A stretch of DNA of 64,000 bases from a virus, in the IMG/VR virus record IMGVR_UViG_3300032087_002755. The stretch is one strand, 5' to 3'. The notes below the pieces were generated by a model. It made no database searches and had not been told where the DNA came from. It was given only the letters and a program-made list of their open reading frames with translations. The translations under genes were made by a program, and so were the position numbers. Shown in pieces: positions 55,159 through 64,000 of the stretch; the first letter of the stretch is position 1, and each line of letters starts with the position of its first letter.

Positions 55159-57675
55159 ATGGATTTCTATACTAACGTTTGCAGAACACGTGACAAAATA
55201 CTTGTCAAAGGCTACAAGAACGGGAAACAACAAAAACTAACAGTTTCCTACAGACCCAATCATTACATTCCTTCAAAGAAAGGAGACACCCCATTCAAAT
55301 CATTAGACGGAAGGTCACTGGAAGCAGTGAACCTAAACTCTATGGGTGGTGCAAGAAAGTTCAGAGAACAATACAATGGTGTAGACGGATTCGAAATCCA
55401 TGGATACGACAGATATATCTACACTTATATTGCAGATAAATTTCAAGGTGACATAGAGTTTGACTTAAAACATATAAAGATTGCAACACTTGATATTGAG
55501 TGTGAGTGTGAAGACGGATTTCCCGAACCAACTCTTGCAACTGAAAAGGTCAATGCAATCTCACTAAAACCACTTGGTAAAGATACACATGTTTTTGGTC
55601 TTGGGCCTTGGGAACACAACAGAACAGACGTAGTATATCATAACTGTAATAGTGAGGTTGACCTCTTAACTCAGTTTATCAAATACTGGAGACAAGAATC
55701 TTTTGATATCATTACAGGTTGGAATGTAAACTCATTCGATATTACATATCTTTGTAATCGTATTGACAGAATACTAGGAGAGGGAGAACACAAGAAGCTT
55801 TCACCATGGAATCAATGTGACGTGAGAGAATTCATGTCTAACTATGGTCAAAGACAAATGATATTTAATTTATATGGTGTCAACGTTCTTGACTATCTTG
55901 AACTCTATCGTAAACATACATTCGTAAATCAAGAATCCTACAAACTAGAAAACATTGCACAAGTAGAACTTGGAACAGGTAAACTAGATTACTCAGAGTA
56001 TGGAAATCTACATACACTCTACAAACAGGACTATGCAAAATTCTTAGAATATAATGTCAAAGACGTTGTCCTTGTTGAACAACTAGAAGAAAAACTTGGT
56101 CTGATTGAATTGACTTGTGCAATGTCATACAATGCAAAGTGTAATTACAACGACACTTTCGGAATGGTGAAGTATTGGGAAACTATTATTTACAACTTCC
56201 TTAAAGAACAAAACATACAAACACCACCCCAAAGATTAAAGAGTGGTAATGATAAAACACACCAAATTATTGGTGCATATGTTAAAGACCCAATTGTCGG
56301 TGGACATGACTGGGTTGTCTCTTTTGACTTGAACTCACTGTATCCACATATCATTATGCAATACAATATCTCACCCGAGAAAATGATAAAGGGAAACAGA
56401 CAAGACTTGACCATTGACAGAATGTTAAACAAAGAATGTGATTTATCTTATGTCTATCAACAAGGTCATGCAGTATGTCCAAACGGTGTAATGTATTCTA
56501 AAAACAAACAGGGATTTCTTCCCGAACTCATGGAAAAATTCTATGACGAAAGAAAAGAGTGGAAGAAGAAAATGATTGGTTATCAGAAAGAACGAGAAGT
56601 CTGTAAAGAACCCAAACGTAAGAAAGAACTTGATACACTTATTAAACGTGCATATAACAATCAACAGGTTCGTAAGATTGCACTGAACTCTGCATATGGA
56701 GCTCTTGCAAATCAATACTTTGCATTCTTTTCTATTGACCTTGCAGAATCAATTACTACCAGTGGTCAGTTAATTATCAAATGGGCAGAGAAGACCATTA
56801 ACGAATTCTTAAACAAGACACTTAATACAGAAGGTGAAGACTATGTGATTGCAATGGATACTGATTCAGTTTATATCACTATGGATAAACTGGTTAAACA
56901 AGTGTTACCCGAAGAAACAGACAAGACTAAGATTGTAGATTTCCTAAACAAATCAGAGGGAATGATTGAACAAGTTCTTGCACGTGGTTTTGACGACCTT
57001 GCAGAATACACCAATGCATTCCAACAGAAAATGCAAATGGGACGTGAGGTAATTGCAGACAGAGGTATTTGGACTGCAAAGAAAAGATACATTCTCAATG
57101 TTCACGATAACGAAGGTGTCAGACTTGCAGAACCTAAACTTAAAATGATGGGTATTGAGACTGCAAAGTCTTCTACACCTCAATGGGTCAGAACCAAACT
57201 AACAGAAGCCTTAAAGGTGGTTATGAATGGAACTGAACAAGACCTATGGGAGTTCGTAGAGACTGCACGAAAAGAATTTAGAAACCTTCCACCCGAAGAA
57301 GTTGCATTCCCAAGAGGTGTTAAAAACCTCGTAACCTATTCAGACCCAGCTCATATTTACGGAAAGGGTACACCAATTCATGTTCGAGGTTCACTTCTAC
57401 ACAATCATTTACTGAAATCCAAGAACCTCAACATGAGATATGAAATGATTAAGAACTCAGACAAGATTCGTTTTGCATATCTCACAACCCCAAATCCAAT
57501 CAATGAAAATGTAATTGCATTCTCAAGTTCTTTACCAAGAGAGTTAGACTTACATAGATTCATTGATTATGATATGCAGTTTGATAAAGCATTTAATGAA
57601 CCATTAAAGAATATTGTTAATCTAATCAACTGGAATGTAGAACCAGTTGCAAGTTTAGATTCGTTCTTTGGTTAG
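55159..57675 (+). CDS. gp43: DNA polymerase gp43 (family B)
   Basis: Exonuclease DIE, SFDLNSLYP, KIALNSAYG, DTDS, KKRY. Confidence 0.98.
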   Translation: MDFYTNVCRTRDKILVKGYKNGKQQKLTVSYRPNHYIPSKKGDTPFKSLDGRSLEAVNLNSMGGARKFREQYNGVDGFEIHGYDRYIYTYIADKFQGDIEFDLKHIKIATLDIECECEDGFPEPTLATEKVNAISLKPLGKDTHVFGLGPWEHNRTDVVYHNCNSEVDLLTQFIKYWRQESFDIITGWNVNSFDITYLCNRIDRILGEGEHKKLSPWNQCDVREFMSNYGQRQMIFNLYGVNVLDYLELYRKHTFVNQESYKLENIAQVELGTGKLDYSEYGNLHTLYKQDYAKFLEYNVKDVVLVEQLEEKLGLIELTCAMSYNAKCNYNDTFGMVKYWETIIYNFLKEQNIQTPPQRLKSGNDKTHQIIGAYVKDPIVGGHDWVVSFDLNSLYPHIIMQYNISPEKMIKGNRQDLTIDRMLNKECDLSYVYQQGHAVCPNGVMYSKNKQGFLPELMEKFYDERKEWKKKMIGYQKEREVCKEPKRKKELDTLIKRAYNNQQVRKIALNSAYGALANQYFAFFSIDLAESITTSGQLIIKWAEKTINEFLNKTLNTEGEDYVIAMDTDSVYITMDKLVKQVLPEETDKTKIVDFLNKSEGMIEQVLARGFDDLAEYTNAFQQKMQMGREVIADRGIWTAKKRYILNVHDNEGVRLAEPKLKMMGIETAKSSTPQWVRTKLTEALKVVMNGTEQDLWEFVETARKEFRNLPPEEVAFPRGVKNLVTYSDPAHIYGKGTPIHVRGSLLHNHLLKSKNLNMRYEMIKNSDKIRFAYLTTPNPINENVIAFSSSLPRELDLHRFIDYDMQFDKAFNEPLKNIVNLINWNVEPVASLDSFFG

Positions 57676-57683
57676 GAGACACT

Positions 57684-57857
57684 ATGAAACACATGATACG
57701 TTGGATGAAGATTAATGCATTTATTAATCTATATCTTGGAATAATTTTAACATTCGTTTTGATTGCACTGGTAGTGGATATTACACTGGACAGTTATTGG
57801 CATTCAAACGACTTCAAAGATTTACTTTTAGGTAAAGATGTGGCACCTACTGATTAG
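57684..57857 (+). CDS. Small membrane protein, 57 aa (not in ORF track)
   Basis: AGGAG RBS and a central hydrophobic helix. Confidence 0.6.
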   Translation: MKHMIRWMKINAFINLYLGIILTFVLIALVVDITLDSYWHSNDFKDLLLGKDVAPTD

Positions 57858-57903
57858 TATAAAGTTTTATGTGTATAGTGTATCGACTGCACATACACTG
57901 ATA

Positions 57904-58080
57904 ATGTTTTATATGTTCCCAATTATACCAATTGCAATAGGTTATATACTTCTTGCAGCTGCAATAGGTGGTTTTGGTTTGTATATTGCATATGATTACG
58001 ATAGAACATTCACTCAATACAAGAAAACTCAAAACCCGATGGATTGGGACTTGTTTGACACTAAATACCATAGGAGTTAG
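57904..58080 (+). CDS. Small membrane protein
   Basis: Hydrophobic helix PIIPIAIGYILLAAAIGGFGLYI. Start uncertain. Confidence 0.45.
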   Translation: MFYMFPIIPIAIGYILLAAAIGGFGLYIAYDYDRTFTQYKKTQNPMDWDLFDTKYHRS

Positions 58081-58127
58081 ATTCTCAGTTGGAGGTCTAA
58101 TGAAATTAATCCATAACGGAGTAAACA

Positions 58128-58403
58128 ATGAAAATAGCATATATTGCTATTTTTGTGGGTATATTACTTCCTTCTTGTGCCTCAGTTGGAGCAGTTATTG
58201 AAGGTGGTAAAGAGTTTACAACTGGTGTTGTCGATGGTGCAGTTCAAGGAACTCAAACATTGGTAAATGCAGTTGCAGATGATGTAGTCTCAGTTGGAAC
58301 TTTAGCAGCTAATACTGCAACAGGTGTTGTTAACACTGTAGCAGACGAAGTTGATAGACAGACAGATGAACTACAAGAGGAAGAGAAAACTGAAAAAAAG
58401 TAG
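58128..58403 (+). CDS. Lipoprotein (possible -1 frameshift extension to 58495)
   Basis: GGAG RBS and lipobox LPSC. Ends in A_AAA_AAG immediately before TAG. Confidence 0.7.
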   Translation: MKIAYIAIFVGILLPSCASVGAVIEGGKEFTTGVVDGAVQGTQTLVNAVADDVVSVGTLAANTATGVVNTVADEVDRQTDELQEEEKTEKK

Positions 58404-58482
58404 AGGAGGTCATTCCGACAGTTGTATTACTGGAGGCTATGATGCTCTATTGTTCAGAGTTCCCACAAAAATGTAGAACTAG

Positions 58483-58511
58483 AAGAGGGAACTAGTAGTT
58501 CCCTCTTTTTT
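58483..58511 (+). terminator. Rho-independent terminator
   Basis: AAGAGGGAACT-AGT-AGTTCCCTCTT plus T-run. Confidence 0.85.
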
Positions 58512-58530
58512 ATTAACATAAATAAATATA

Positions 58531-58950
58531 ATGGCATATAGTAAACAAGTAGTAGATAGATTCGAAGAGGTTTTAAATAACCCCGAGAAACATGCAGTCG
58601 GAAGATTTGACCCTAAAGACCCAATGGTCGCAACGGGTATGACTGGAGCTCCTGCTTGTGGTGATGTCATGAAACTTCAATTGAAGTTAGACATGGACGA
58701 GAGAATCGTTGATGTTAAATTTAAAACATATGGTTGTGGAAGTGCTATTGCAAGTTCTTCTTTGTTTGTTGACATGCTTACAGGTAAAACTATCGAAGAA
58801 GCAAAACTAGTTAAAGATAAAGACATTGCAGAAGCATTAGAACTACCACCAATCAAATTACATTGTTCTGTTCTTGCAGAAGACAGTATAAGAAAAGCAA
58901 TAGAAAACTGGGAAGAAAAATCTTCTCATAGGAAACATAATTATGTATGA
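58531..58950 (+). CDS. iscU: Fe-S cluster scaffold IscU
   Basis: GAPACGDVMKLQ, FKTYGCGSAIASSS, LPPIKLHCSVLAED. Confidence 0.95.
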   Translation: MAYSKQVVDRFEEVLNNPEKHAVGRFDPKDPMVATGMTGAPACGDVMKLQLKLDMDERIVDVKFKTYGCGSAIASSSLFVDMLTGKTIEEAKLVKDKDIAEALELPPIKLHCSVLAEDSIRKAIENWEEKSSHRKHNYV

Positions 58951-59404
58951 GTATAAAGTAACAGTAGTCAAAGTCGTAGATGGAGACACTATTGATGTGG
59001 ATATCGATTTAGGTTTTGGTATGGTTTACAAAAAACAAAGAGTTAGAATGTTGGGTATTGACACGCCAGAATCTAGAACTAGAGATAAAGTCGAAAAATT
59101 ATTTGGTAAAGCAAGTAAGAAACACCTTAAAAAATTACTAGAGGAGTGTGAAAGTGTATCACTTGTATCACACGACAAAGGTAAATTTGGTAGAATCCTT
59201 GGTGAGTTATTTACACACCACGTAGAAGGTCACCCAGTATTTGGTCATAAAGTTAATATCAACAAACAAATGATATTAGATTCACATGCAGTTCCTTACA
59301 CTGGAGACAGTAAAGACCTAATTGAAGAACAACACTTGGATAACAGACAAAGAGTTATGCACCAAGGTTATGTAACACAAGAGGATATAGATAAAGTATC
59401 ATGA
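58943..59404 (+). CDS. Thermonuclease (SNase-like) family protein
   Basis: 'VVDGDTID..IDLGF', 'R..GIDTPESRT', 'GKFGRILG'. Confidence 0.88.
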   Translation: MYEYKVTVVKVVDGDTIDVDIDLGFGMVYKKQRVRMLGIDTPESRTRDKVEKLFGKASKKHLKKLLEECESVSLVSHDKGKFGRILGELFTHHVEGHPVFGHKVNINKQMILDSHAVPYTGDSKDLIEEQHLDNRQRVMHQGYVTQEDIDKVS

Positions 59405-59571
59405 TTATAACAATAATGGACTGTTTCTATATCTTTATGATTGCAATAATCTTTGGATTTATTATACACCTAGAATCTAAAGTTAATCAACTTGTTTCTA
59501 TGATGGAAGAACATATCAAGGTTGACCAAAAACTTTGTGAAATTTCAAACAAATTAGACAAAACCCCCTAG
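59401..59571 (+). CDS. Small TM plus coiled-coil protein, 56 aa (not in ORF track)
   Basis: ATGA overlap; MIITIMDCFYIFMIAIIFGFIIHLE... Confidence 0.5.
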   Translation: MIITIMDCFYIFMIAIIFGFIIHLESKVNQLVSMMEEHIKVDQKLCEISNKLDKTP

Positions 59572-59623
59572 ACAATAACGGACTACATATGTATAATAGA
59601 GTTATACATTATGGAGAAGTGTT

Positions 59624-60676
59624 ATGTCATTTATTAAAGATTTAGTCAAATCAACTGGAAACGAATATGCAAATATAGTTTCAGATGGTGTGGCTGCTGG
59701 AGACGTAGATACATTCGTAGATACGGGTAGTTATGTCTTCAATTCACTTTTGAGTGGTTCACTATATGGTGGACTTCCCTCAAACAAAATCACTGCAATC
59801 GCAGGTGAATCTGCAACAGGAAAAACTTACTTTGCCTTGGGTATGGTAAAACAATTCCTTGAAGACCACCCCGATTCTGCAGTTATCTATTTCGAATCTG
59901 AATCTGCAATCAGTAAATCAATGATTGAAGATAGAGGAATCGATTCAAAAAGAATGGTTATCGTGCCTGTGGTCACTGTTCAAGAATTCAGAAAACAGGC
60001 AATATCCATACTTGATAAGTATCTTGAAACACCCAAGGATAAGAGACCACCTATGATGATGTGTCTTGACTCACTTGGAATGTTATCAACTACTAAAGAA
60101 ATCGAGGACACTGCCGAGGGTAAAGAAACCCGAGACATGACTCGTGCTCAAGTTGTTAAAGGTGCATTCAGAGTTCTAACACTTAAGTTAGGACGTGCTG
60201 GTGTTCCAATGATTGTAACTAATCACACTTATGACGTGATTGGTTCTATGTTCCCTCAGAAAGAAATGGGTGGTGGAAGTGGTCTCAAATATGCAGCCTC
60301 TTCAATTATCTATCTTTCAAAGAAAAAAGAGAAGGAAGGAACAGAAGTCGTTGGTAATATCATTCATTGTAAGAATGCAAAATCTAGATTGACTGTAGAA
60401 AATAGAATAGTTGACGTAAGACTATCTTATGACAGTGGACTAGATAGATACTATGGTCTTTTAGACCTTGCACTTGCAAGTGGAATCTTTGAGAAAAGTT
60501 CTACTCGTATCAAACTACCAAATGGTAAAACAGAATTTGGTAAAACAATTAATAACAACCCCGAGAAATACTTTACACCCGATGTAATGGAAAGACTCGA
60601 AACAGTAGTAGAAGGATACTTTAAATATGGAAACACGAATAGAACAGACGATACTGAAGAACCTAGTTCAGAATGA
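59624..60676 (+). CDS. uvsX: RecA-like recombinase UvsX
   Basis: [15 protein letters not shown], 'DMTRA', 'MGGGSG.KYAAS'. Confidence 0.95.
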   Translation: MSFIKDLVKSTGNEYANIVSDGVAAGDVDTFVDTGSYVFNSLLSGSLYGGLPSNKITAIAGESATGKTYFALGMVKQFLEDHPDSAVIYFESESAISKSMIEDRGIDSKRMVIVPVVTVQEFRKQAISILDKYLETPKDKRPPMMMCLDSLGMLSTTKEIEDTAEGKETRDMTRAQVVKGAFRVLTLKLGRAGVPMIVTNHTYDVIGSMFPQKEMGGGSGLKYAASSIIYLSKKKEKEGTEVVGNIIHCKNAKSRLTVENRIVDVRLSYDSGLDRYYGLLDLALASGIFEKSSTRIKLPNGKTEFGKTINNNPEKYFTPDVMERLETVVEGYFKYGNTNRTDDTEEPSSE

Positions 60677-62024
60677 AGAGTTTGCACGAAAGTGCGTCCC
60701 ATTCATTAAGTCCGAGTATTTTGCCGATACTGATGAAAGAACTGTATTCAATGAAATACATGAATACTTTCAGAAGTATATCAAATCCCCAACTGTAGAA
60801 GCACTTCTCATAAATCTTGAAAACAATTCTTCTCTTAACGAGAGTATTGCAAAAGGTTCAAAAACTATAGTTGATAAGATTGGTAAAGATAAGGAGACCA
60901 CACCAAGTGAGTGGTTAGTGGAAGAAACGGAGAAATGGTGTAAAGATAGAGCAATCTATATTGCAGTCATGGATTCGATTGAAGTCATTGACAAGAAATC
61001 ACAAAGGTCTACTGGTGAAATACCCGAACTATTGAAAGACGCACTTTCCGTGTCCTTTGACACAAACATTGGACATGACGTGTTAGAAGACTCAGATGCA
61101 AGATGGGAATTCTATCATACGGAAGAAGAGAAGATTCCGTTTGACTTAGAATACTTCAACAAGATTACCAAAGGTGGATTACCAAACAAAACACTTAACA
61201 TTGTTCTTGCTGGAACTGGTGTTGGTAAATCATTGTTTATGTGTCACCAAGCTGCTTCATGTCTTATGATGAACAAGAATGTTTTATACATTACACTAGA
61301 AATGTCAGAGGAAAGGATTGCAGAGAGAATAGATGCAAACACTATGAATGTTCCTATGAAAGAATTACCCGACTTGTCTAAGAAAATGTTTGAGAAGAAA
61401 GTTGATAAACTGAAAAACAAAACTAAAGGTAAACTTATAGTCAAAGAATATCCAACTGCAACTGCACATGTAGGACACTTCAGACACCTATTACAAGAAT
61501 TGGATATCAAAAAAGACTTTCAACCCGATATTATATTTGTAGATTATCTGAACATATGTGCTTCACATAGAATCAAGCCAGGAGCTGGTGCAAACTCATA
61601 CACACTAGTAAAGAGTATTGCAGAGGAACTCAGAGGTCTTGCAGTGGAGTTTGACGTTCCATTAGTCAGTGCAACACAAACCACAAGAAGTGGATTTGGT
61701 TCTACAGATATAGGACTTGAAGATACTTCAGAATCCTTTGGATTGCCTGCAACTGCAGACTTAATGTTTGCATTGATTACCAGTGACGAACTAGAAGAAC
61801 TAGACCAACTCGTAGTGAAACAGTTAAAGAACAGATACAATGACCCTACAATCTTCAAAAGATTTGTAATCGGTATTGATAGAAGTAGAATGAAACTCTA
61901 TGATTGTGAACAAGAAGCTCAAGAAGAGTTATTTGAGAATACTGAGAGTTATAATGACGACACTCCAGTGTTTGATAGAGGAAGGAATGATGGTCAAAAA
62001 AGGGACTTTAACGACTTCAAATAA
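60627..62024 (+). CDS. gp41: Replicative helicase gp41
   Basis: AGTGVGKS, 'LEMSEE', VDYLNI, ATQTTR, '[11 protein letters not shown]', KNRY. Confidence 0.96.
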   Translation: METRIEQTILKNLVQNEEFARKCVPFIKSEYFADTDERTVFNEIHEYFQKYIKSPTVEALLINLENNSSLNESIAKGSKTIVDKIGKDKETTPSEWLVEETEKWCKDRAIYIAVMDSIEVIDKKSQRSTGEIPELLKDALSVSFDTNIGHDVLEDSDARWEFYHTEEEKIPFDLEYFNKITKGGLPNKTLNIVLAGTGVGKSLFMCHQAASCLMMNKNVLYITLEMSEERIAERIDANTMNVPMKELPDLSKKMFEKKVDKLKNKTKGKLIVKEYPTATAHVGHFRHLLQELDIKKDFQPDIIFVDYLNICASHRIKPGAGANSYTLVKSIAEELRGLAVEFDVPLVSATQTTRSGFGSTDIGLEDTSESFGLPATADLMFALITSDELEELDQLVVKQLKNRYNDPTIFKRFVIGIDRSRMKLYDCEQEAQEELFENTESYNDDTPVFDRGRNDGQKRDFNDFK

Positions 62025-62071
62025 AAACCCTCTTTACAGACCACCTAAATAATGTTATACTAGATGGTTCT

Positions 62072-62248
62072 ATGAAGAAAGTGATAAAAGGTTCAGAGGT
62101 TATTTCAAGTATAACCGAAAAAATTGAACTCAAAAAACAATTGAGAGATGCACGTGCATCTAAAGATATTAAAGAAATTGATAAGATTTCTAAAAAAATT
62201 GCAAAAATAGAGACAAAACTATCTTCCTCACCCCTTGCAAAATCCTAA
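62072..62248 (+). CDS. Small basic protein, 58 aa (not in ORF track)
   Basis: Follows the promoter TTTACA(62033)-N17-TATACT; Lys-rich coiled coil. Confidence 0.5.
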   Translation: MKKVIKGSEVISSITEKIELKKQLRDARASKDIKEIDKISKKIAKIETKLSSSPLAKS

Positions 62249-62293
62249 ATAATAACATAGATTACATACACTATAGTTAATCACGGAGAAGAT

Positions 62294-62731
62294 ATGTCAA
62301 GAGAAACAGCAAAAACCCAATTAGAATCTGATATTGCAGCTTTAAATTCCAATAAAAATTGGTATAAAGGTGTAAGTGGTACTTATTCTGTTGTATCACA
62401 ACCTAATTCAAGTGATTTTGGTGCTGATAAAACAACAGTAAGTTTATCAGATTGGACAGGTACAGGTAGAACTGGTTGGTTAACTGCATGGAAAACTGCA
62501 AATTCTTCAGTAACTAAAGACGATTCACATAGTTTCCCTGCTGATATTGCCGATTACTCACATACAGATTACTTGCAACATTATTTCAGAAGACATGAAG
62601 ATATGGGTTCAGACTATGCTGATGACCATAAAGTCGTAACAGACATAGATGCAAATATCGCTGCACTTCAAACAGACTTAGATGCTATCAATGCATCTAT
62701 AGCTGCTGGTGAAGAAGACCTAGGGTCATAA
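62294..62731 (+). CDS. Hypothetical protein
   Basis: GGAG RBS; late-like box CCTAAATA at 62244. Confidence 0.6.
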   Translation: MSRETAKTQLESDIAALNSNKNWYKGVSGTYSVVSQPNSSDFGADKTTVSLSDWTGTGRTGWLTAWKTANSSVTKDDSHSFPADIADYSHTDYLQHYFRRHEDMGSDYADDHKVVTDIDANIAALQTDLDAINASIAAGEEDLGS

Positions 62732-62781
62732 ATTTCCATAAATAGTAGTAATATCACCAAGATTGTGGTATAATTACTATT

Positions 62782-63981
62782 ATGGGTGCAAAAAATCTAC
62801 ATTTAGAACATTTAGAAGACGAGATTATCAATCAAGGGATTGATGGTGGTCGTGGTGCTATAAACTTCTTACAGGGTCTTAGAGACATGTTGAAGGGTAA
62901 TAGTAATTCAAGTGTTAATATGACAGTCAAATGGGACGGAGCTCCTGCTATCTTTTGTGGTAAACACCCCGAAACCAATCAATTCTTTGTTGCAAAGAAA
63001 TCATTATTCAATAAAGAACCTAAATTCTATACTTCAGAACATGAAATTAAAAACTCAGACCTTTCGGGTCAATTACAAGAAAAGTTTCTAACTTCATTCC
63101 AATGTCTATCTAAACTATCTTGGAATACAATCATGCAAGGTGATTTAATGTATACCAATGATAAGAAAATGCAAAAGATTGACGGACAATCTTTCGTCAC
63201 ATTTCAACCTAATACAATCATGTATGCAGTCAATGTAGAATCAGATTTAGGTAAAAAGATTGCAAACTCTAAAATGGGAATCGTATTTCACACTACCTAT
63301 AGTGGTGGAACTATAGAAGACCTATCTGCAAGTTTTGGTGCAAACATATCCAAACTAGGAAACAGTTCAGACGTGTGGATTGACGATGCAACATACAAAG
63401 ATGTCAGTGGTAAAGGGTCAATGACTGCAAAGGAAACACTTGCACTTACACAAGAACTATCTAAAACAGGTAAAGCCTTTCATGGAATCAAAAGAAAGGA
63501 TTTAGATAAGTTCCAAAAAATACAGGAAGAGATAGGTAGAAAAGGTGCTGGTGCATCATACAAAACATATTGTAATACACTTATCAGAGGTGGTTCATAC
63601 AAACCAACCTATGACGGATACATGAAACACTTTGAGAACTATTGGAGAGACAAAGTAGTTGGTAAAGTCAAAACAGAAAAAACAAAACAGATTAAAACAG
63701 AGATTGGTGAACAACTTTATAACGAACTCAGAAGTTTAAAGAAAATGATAACTAATCTTACTTCATTTATGGGACACTTGGTTGTTGCAAAACAAATGAT
63801 TATAGAATCCCTAAATAGAGTAAAGAGTATCGGAACTTTTAAAAAGACTGCAACAGGTTTCGAGGTAGTTAACCCCGAAGGTTATGTTGCAATTGATAGA
63901 ACAGGTAGTGCAGTTAAACTCGTAGATAGAATGGAATTTGCATTCAATAACTTCACTGCACAAAAAGCGTGGGATAAGTAA
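62782..63981 (+). CDS. Conserved T4-like phage protein with RNA-ligase-like nucleotidyltransferase motifs
   Basis: TVKWDG (KxDG), QGD, EGYV and KLVDR in ligase motif order. Confidence 0.6.
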   Translation: MGAKNLHLEHLEDEIINQGIDGGRGAINFLQGLRDMLKGNSNSSVNMTVKWDGAPAIFCGKHPETNQFFVAKKSLFNKEPKFYTSEHEIKNSDLSGQLQEKFLTSFQCLSKLSWNTIMQGDLMYTNDKKMQKIDGQSFVTFQPNTIMYAVNVESDLGKKIANSKMGIVFHTTYSGGTIEDLSASFGANISKLGNSSDVWIDDATYKDVSGKGSMTAKETLALTQELSKTGKAFHGIKRKDLDKFQKIQEEIGRKGAGASYKTYCNTLIRGGSYKPTYDGYMKHFENYWRDKVVGKVKTEKTKQIKTEIGEQLYNELRSLKKMITNLTSFMGHLVVAKQMIIESLNRVKSIGTFKKTATGFEVVNPEGYVAIDRTGSAVKLVDRMEFAFNNFTAQKAWDK

Positions 63982-64000
63982 TGAAATCATTCAGTGCATT
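63981..64000 (+). CDS. Start of the next gene (MKSFSA...), truncated by the window end
   Basis: TAATG overlap with the upstream stop. Confidence 0.5.

Noticed and set aside
60627-60676. uvsX/gp41 50-nt overlap as unusual
   Set aside because: Short overlaps at this junction are ordinary gene compaction.
206-61858. Numerous minus-strand and alternate-frame ORFs in the track (e.g. 4641-5102, 5604-6062, 45663-46154, 46174-46650)
   Set aside because: They are shadows of well-supported + strand genes, with no RBS or recognisable motifs.
14882-62024. Introns, inteins or homing endonucleases in gp17, gp20, gp23, gp43, uvsX or gp41
   Set aside because: All are continuous and of ordinary length, with no intein or endonuclease motifs seen.

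Overview
This 64 kb, AT-rich window comes from a T4-like (Tevenvirinae/Kyanoviridae-style) marine myophage. Nearly all credible genes are on the + strand. The host is probably a heterotrophic marine proteobacterium, since no photosynthesis genes are seen in this window and curli csgF/csgG, IscU, cytochrome c, peroxiredoxin, peptide deformylase and Hsp20 are present. Gene order is: tail-fibre region (1-6.9 kb); glycosyltransferase and 2OG-Fe(II) oxygenase cluster (7-11.5 kb); neck/terminase/sheath/tube/portal/prohead/major capsid gp13-gp23 (11.8-24.5 kb); gp3, uvsY, uvsW; a cytochrome c cassette; gp55, gp47, gp46; def; an early VWA/MoxR pair; gp45, gp44, gp62, regA; a late curli (CsgF/CsgG/curlin-like)-FecR-CHASE2 adenylate cyclase module (44-51 kb); hsp20, peroxiredoxin, a DNA methyltransferase, lysozyme, gp43, IscU, uvsX and gp41. 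The most striking observation concerns two adjacent Pro-periodic repeat genes (5421-6074 and 6085-6894). Their proline-spacing patterns mirror each other over 190 residues, with 24 consecutive 6/8-residue intervals matching exactly in reverse order and a consistent segment-pairing code. This suggests an antiparallel, register-matched two-chain fibre, and candidate hydroxylating/glycosylating enzymes are encoded directly downstream. Other candidates are an overprinted gene inside the cyclase, an A_AAA_AAG -1 frameshift, a ROSE-like thermometer plus an upstream structured RNA, phage-specific promoter motifs, many leaderless mRNAs and strong GATC avoidance. All calls come from reading motifs by eye; no searches were run.
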